A stretch of DNA of 38,004 nucleotides. Source: Octopus bimaculoides. Its lineage: Eukaryota. Made by a program: the position numbers and the translations under genes. The notes under the pieces were generated by a model, which made no database searches, was not told the origin of the DNA, and saw only the letters and a program-made list of their open reading frames with translations. The DNA lies in NCBI RefSeq assembly GCF_001194135.2, contig NC_068985.1, positions 32,245,862-32,283,865 on the forward strand, read 5' to 3'. Of the stretch, positions 34,334-38,004 are shown in pieces. The first letter of the stretch is position 1; each line of letters starts with the position of its first letter.

Positions 34334-36156
34334 ATAATTTACACAAAATGTGAAAAGTTATAGTGTCAGGAATTCTACTTAACTCATACAAAAGAAGAAA
34401 AATCCATGTATCACTGTAATTAAGATGCATTAACATGTGAAAATATTTGGGGATATGATGAACTAAAAGACAACTGTAAACATGAAATTTTTTTAGATTA
34501 TCTATGATATGAACTAAAAGCTAATTTAACTTTTCTATCTACCCCATTCTCATTTGTTAAATACTTTTGCACCAAATTTAGAGTTAAGTGCACAGACTTG
34601 TGTTATGTATATACATGCTTACCTGCTACAACTATGGATCCCAATCCTTGATGTAGGACTATGGATTCAGAGAGGATGTTTCGTTAATGGGGCCAGATGT
34701 GATTTTTTATAAATGCTACTATTCTCACTGTTACTGGTAGTGTTGTGTTTTACCTCCATAATTCAGTAGTTCCTCTGACAGTGAGATTGTCAAAGTGAAG
34801 GGTTGAATAGTATTCCTCTTTAAAGTGAACTTGAATGTAACTCAATAGGAATTATGGAAGAAACTTCAGCTTCATATAACCCACATACACACAGCTGTTG
34901 AAATTATCTGATATAGCCAACGGTAATTTTTCTAGTCAATAGGACAAAATTATTCTCTGTGACCATCAAAGTCTTTCACAAGATATAGACATTTCAAAAA
35001 GGAACCAAAGGAAAATAAAGAGGCCTGTATATTGAATTTGGATAATGAAGTGGATAGGGTAGGGTGTACTGAATATTGAACACAATAAATTCTTTATATA
35101 ATTGAATTTTCCCTCGTGGATAGAGGAGAAAAAGAAAACCTAATTGAAATTGTTGCCAAATTTGAGGAGGGGAGATAATTTCAAGAATTTTAAAAAGTTT
35201 GAATTAAAATGCTTTTGAAAATAGAAGAATCTGGTCTTTGTTTAAAAGACAAGGGACAATTATGGATGCATTTTGACCACAGTTCAGTTTCATCAGCATA
35301 TAATCCTTGCTTCCCAGCAGATATGGACAATTTAACATAAATGAAGAAATATTCTTGGCCAAGAGTAATTTGCATGTGCTAAGTGAAAATAAATCAAAGT
35401 AGCCAGTGGTATAAATTTAGGTAACAAGGTGGACTTAATACCTCTCATGATAAATACTTAATTTAACCATTTTGATATCAACCCACCCAAGACCTCCCTT
35501 AGTTCCATGATAGAAAATCTAAATGAAAACTTTGCATCAAAATTTCCAAACACCAGGTTAATGACTAACTTATTTTATAAAATTCTTCATTATTTTCAAA
35601 ATTAAAACAATGGCAATGTATTTCAACAGAAATATGGTGACAGAAAAGTTAATTGACATTCATCTTGTGGGAAATAATTGTTATCAACTCTGAATGAGAA
35701 GATGAATTATTTCAACAAATTAAAAATAATTTCATGCATACTTAAAGGACTCTTTTTCCCACTTTAACTACCTGAATACATCACTGTAGAGAATACATTT
35801 TATAAACTCTATCGTAGTTCAAAACTTATGTTTGACCTAACTGACTTTCAATTACTTGACTCCAAGTTGCCACGTAGTAGGACTGAATCTGTACTGAAAT
35901 ATAATCAACATTTAATGTATTATTGCTATCATAGAAAATTAACATGATTTAAACTCTTCGTTAGACATCATTTAGCTTGGACAATAGCTAAAACACTAAA
36001 ACATATCTCATAGAATATAGTCATACATTGGAAAGAAAAACAGGTGACATTTGTTCTGATGTATAATGTACACACCTAAAAGTGCATATGTACTGGTTCA
36101 AATTCCTGGTATTTTTACAAGTTCTTCATCCGCATTTTAGAACCCTTTTATTCCAG

Positions 36157-36194
36157 GTTATCACCCCATCATCCTACGTTAACTTTATCCAAGA
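36157..36194 (+). CDS. Candidate small coding exon
   Basis: ccttttattccag|G ... AGA|gtatgt; open as VITPSSYVNFIQ(E). Confidence 0.25.
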
Positions 36195-36217
36195 GTATGT
36201 TGTATATATGTGGATGT

Positions 36218-36447
36218 GGAGGTGCATAACTTTGTGGTTTAATGTGCTGGATTTGTGATTGTAAGATTGTAGTTTCTATTCCTGGACCAGGCAATGTGTT
36301 GTGCTTTTGAGCAAAACACTTTATTTCACATAGTTCCAATCCACTCAGCTGGTAAAACTGTGTAATCCTGCAATGAACCAGCATCCCATCTTGGGAGGAA
36401 TATATATGCCAGAGAGACTGGGAAACTGACCTTATGATCCTTATGAA
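36218..36447 (+). mobile_element. Degenerate tRNA-derived SINE with V-domain-like segment
   Basis: GGAGGTGCATAACTTTGTGGTTT head, TTGAGCAAAACACTTTA, and CCTGCAATGAACCAGCATCCCATC resembling the V-SINE motif CCTGCGATGGACTGGCATCCCATCC (from memory). Confidence 0.55.
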
Positions 36448-36775
36448 GTAATGTGGACTAACCATGCTGTATATATAAACTTAATGCTTACAGAGTTATT
36501 GCCCTTGTCAAGTCTCCCTAAATACTGTATTTGCCAGTATAATTGATGTACTCCTAATCTACAAGTGTATTTTGTGGAAAAAAACTTATTTAGTGAGTTT
36601 CATCATATACTTATTGAAAGATATTATAAAATGGTTTTGTAGGGGAAAATATGTGATTCTGTGTCTGTAAATACACTGCTCTGGCAATATACTGGAATAA
36701 AGTATGAAATCATAAATTGATCATACATAAACTAAAGTTATACAAGTACCATATTTCAATTTTATTTTCTTTCAG

Positions 36776-36824
36776 ATCAACTGTACAGTTGATCAAGAGA
36801 TTTGCTATATGGGATGTAAAACAC
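36776..36824 (+). CDS. Candidate small coding exon
   Basis: Strong acceptor ttttattttctttcag|, weak donor CAC|gtattt; in frame with 36157-36194 (STVQLIKRFAIWDVKH). Confidence 0.2.
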
Positions 36825-37819
36825 GTATTTTTGGCTTTGACCATTTGTGTTACCATGATTAGCCACAAAGATGGTTTCATTGCATCTACTCATTGCAAGT
36901 AGTCATTTAATAATATAAGACATATATCAGGCATGAGGACAGAAGGAAAATATGTGTTTGTAGGGTATGGGTTGAGAGGAAGGTATGGTTGAGATTGTTA
37001 TTCTGATTTAGAATTCACTCAGGTATAAAACTAAAGGAGTAAACAAATGTATCACAACTCTACTTGCTGAAAGTCCATCTACAGGTGATGAAACAGGAAA
37101 TACCTGTGTACAACTCTCAAAAAAAGGGTATTAAAGGTTCTGTGCATAGCTCAAAATATTGTCTTGCAGTTTCCCTAGTTTCTTCTGCTGTTTTTGTATA
37201 AAATTGCAGTCATTTGGATTGGTGAAATAAAGTCTATGATTCACACTCTGGTAATTGTAGACAGCTCATATATCAGTTGTTACATGCATTTCATGGAACA
37301 CATATCTATGTATGATGAACCTTAGTATTGTGGCACTGTGATTGGAATTTGAACGATACATACTTGATTGCTTCTTCTGCATTGAACCATGGCCAAAACC
37401 CAAGTGTAGACCTAGGTAGTCCACAGTGATATTATCTTTGAAAGAATTTCTACTGTGTGTTCTCAAGTGTCTTCTGGTTCACTAACTTGTACTTGGTTGT
37501 CTATAAAGTAATAGCAACAAATACCTTTTACTCTGATCTCTGGAAAACATTAAACCGATCAACAATTTCTTTTCTGAAACTTCCACTTATTTGAATTTCA
37601 CTTTCCTATCAAGTGACCACCAATACATCATTTCAAGTATTTTTGCAATGTAAAGGAGAGTATCAGTGAAAAATAAATTCCTAAGGATTGATATGCATGT
37701 CTTGCAATACCAATACTTTCCATCATAGAAGTTGGCACTATTGCTGTACACTATTGGTATGATGCACTCGATACAGTCAAGATGATCATGGTTAAGATCA
37801 TGTGATATTAGAAATTTGT

Positions 37820-37950
37820 TTTCTGCTTTTTTTCTGTTAACCCTCATGTGACTCCACTGTACTTCTTATGTATTCATAATTTACACTGAGCACACTATAT
37901 GGAATTTGTACCTACATCTTGTCTACATATGTAACAAGGCCATTTACCCA
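37820..37950 (-). mobile_element. Old RTE LINE fragment (Cys/His module)
   Basis: GKWPCYICRQDVGTNSI*CAQCKL*IHKKYSGVT*GLT parallels GRWPCSICR...CTQ*KLWTHKRCS of the 7096 copy. Confidence 0.75.
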
Positions 37951-38004
37951 AAGGAATTACTGTTCTGACTATTTTATACATACACATATATAAATAAATA
38001 AATG

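Noticed and set aside
37587-37847. 86-aa minus-strand ORF
   Set aside because: Its start overlaps a LINE relic in another frame, there are no bracketing splice sites, and no family is recognised.
1-38004. CRISPR arrays, operons or other prokaryotic systems
   Set aside because: No regularly spaced repeat-spacer array or dense ORF packing; the sequence is intron- and TE-type eukaryotic DNA.

Overview
AT-rich, repeat-dense eukaryotic (animal) genomic window with three N-gaps. The repeat families (tRNA-derived SINEs starting GGCGGCGAGCTGGCAGAAACGTTAGC, RTE-type LINEs ending in (GAT)n) look to me like those of Octopus; this is recognition from memory, not a database result. I cannot confidently identify any intact protein-coding gene. 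Well supported content: a mariner 5' half with a Mos1-like ITR fused to a 5'-truncated RTE LINE; a second copy of that LINE in inverted orientation; an internally deleted DD37D (maT-type) transposon with both TIRs; a Ty3/Gypsy remnant (integrase, PPT, 3' LTR); a piggyBac-type MITE; a foldback element; many SINEs; and a diverged tandem duplication (~26.3-31.85 kb and ~31.9-34.0 kb) carrying a degenerate C2H2 zinc-finger fragment, where only one copy holds a SINE and a ~3.1-kb insertion. A CpG-retaining central zone (~11.4-19.2 kb) with promoter-like motifs lies between CpG-depleted flanks. Weaker, hypothesis-level signals are candidate exons of a + strand transcript from ~19 kb and of a - strand transcript from ~18.7 kb. 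I see no evidence for a wholly new biological system. The most notable observations are a PHD-like C4HC3 module inside the LINE reverse transcriptase, the inverted LINE pair, the filled/empty-site duplication and the CpG-decay contrast.
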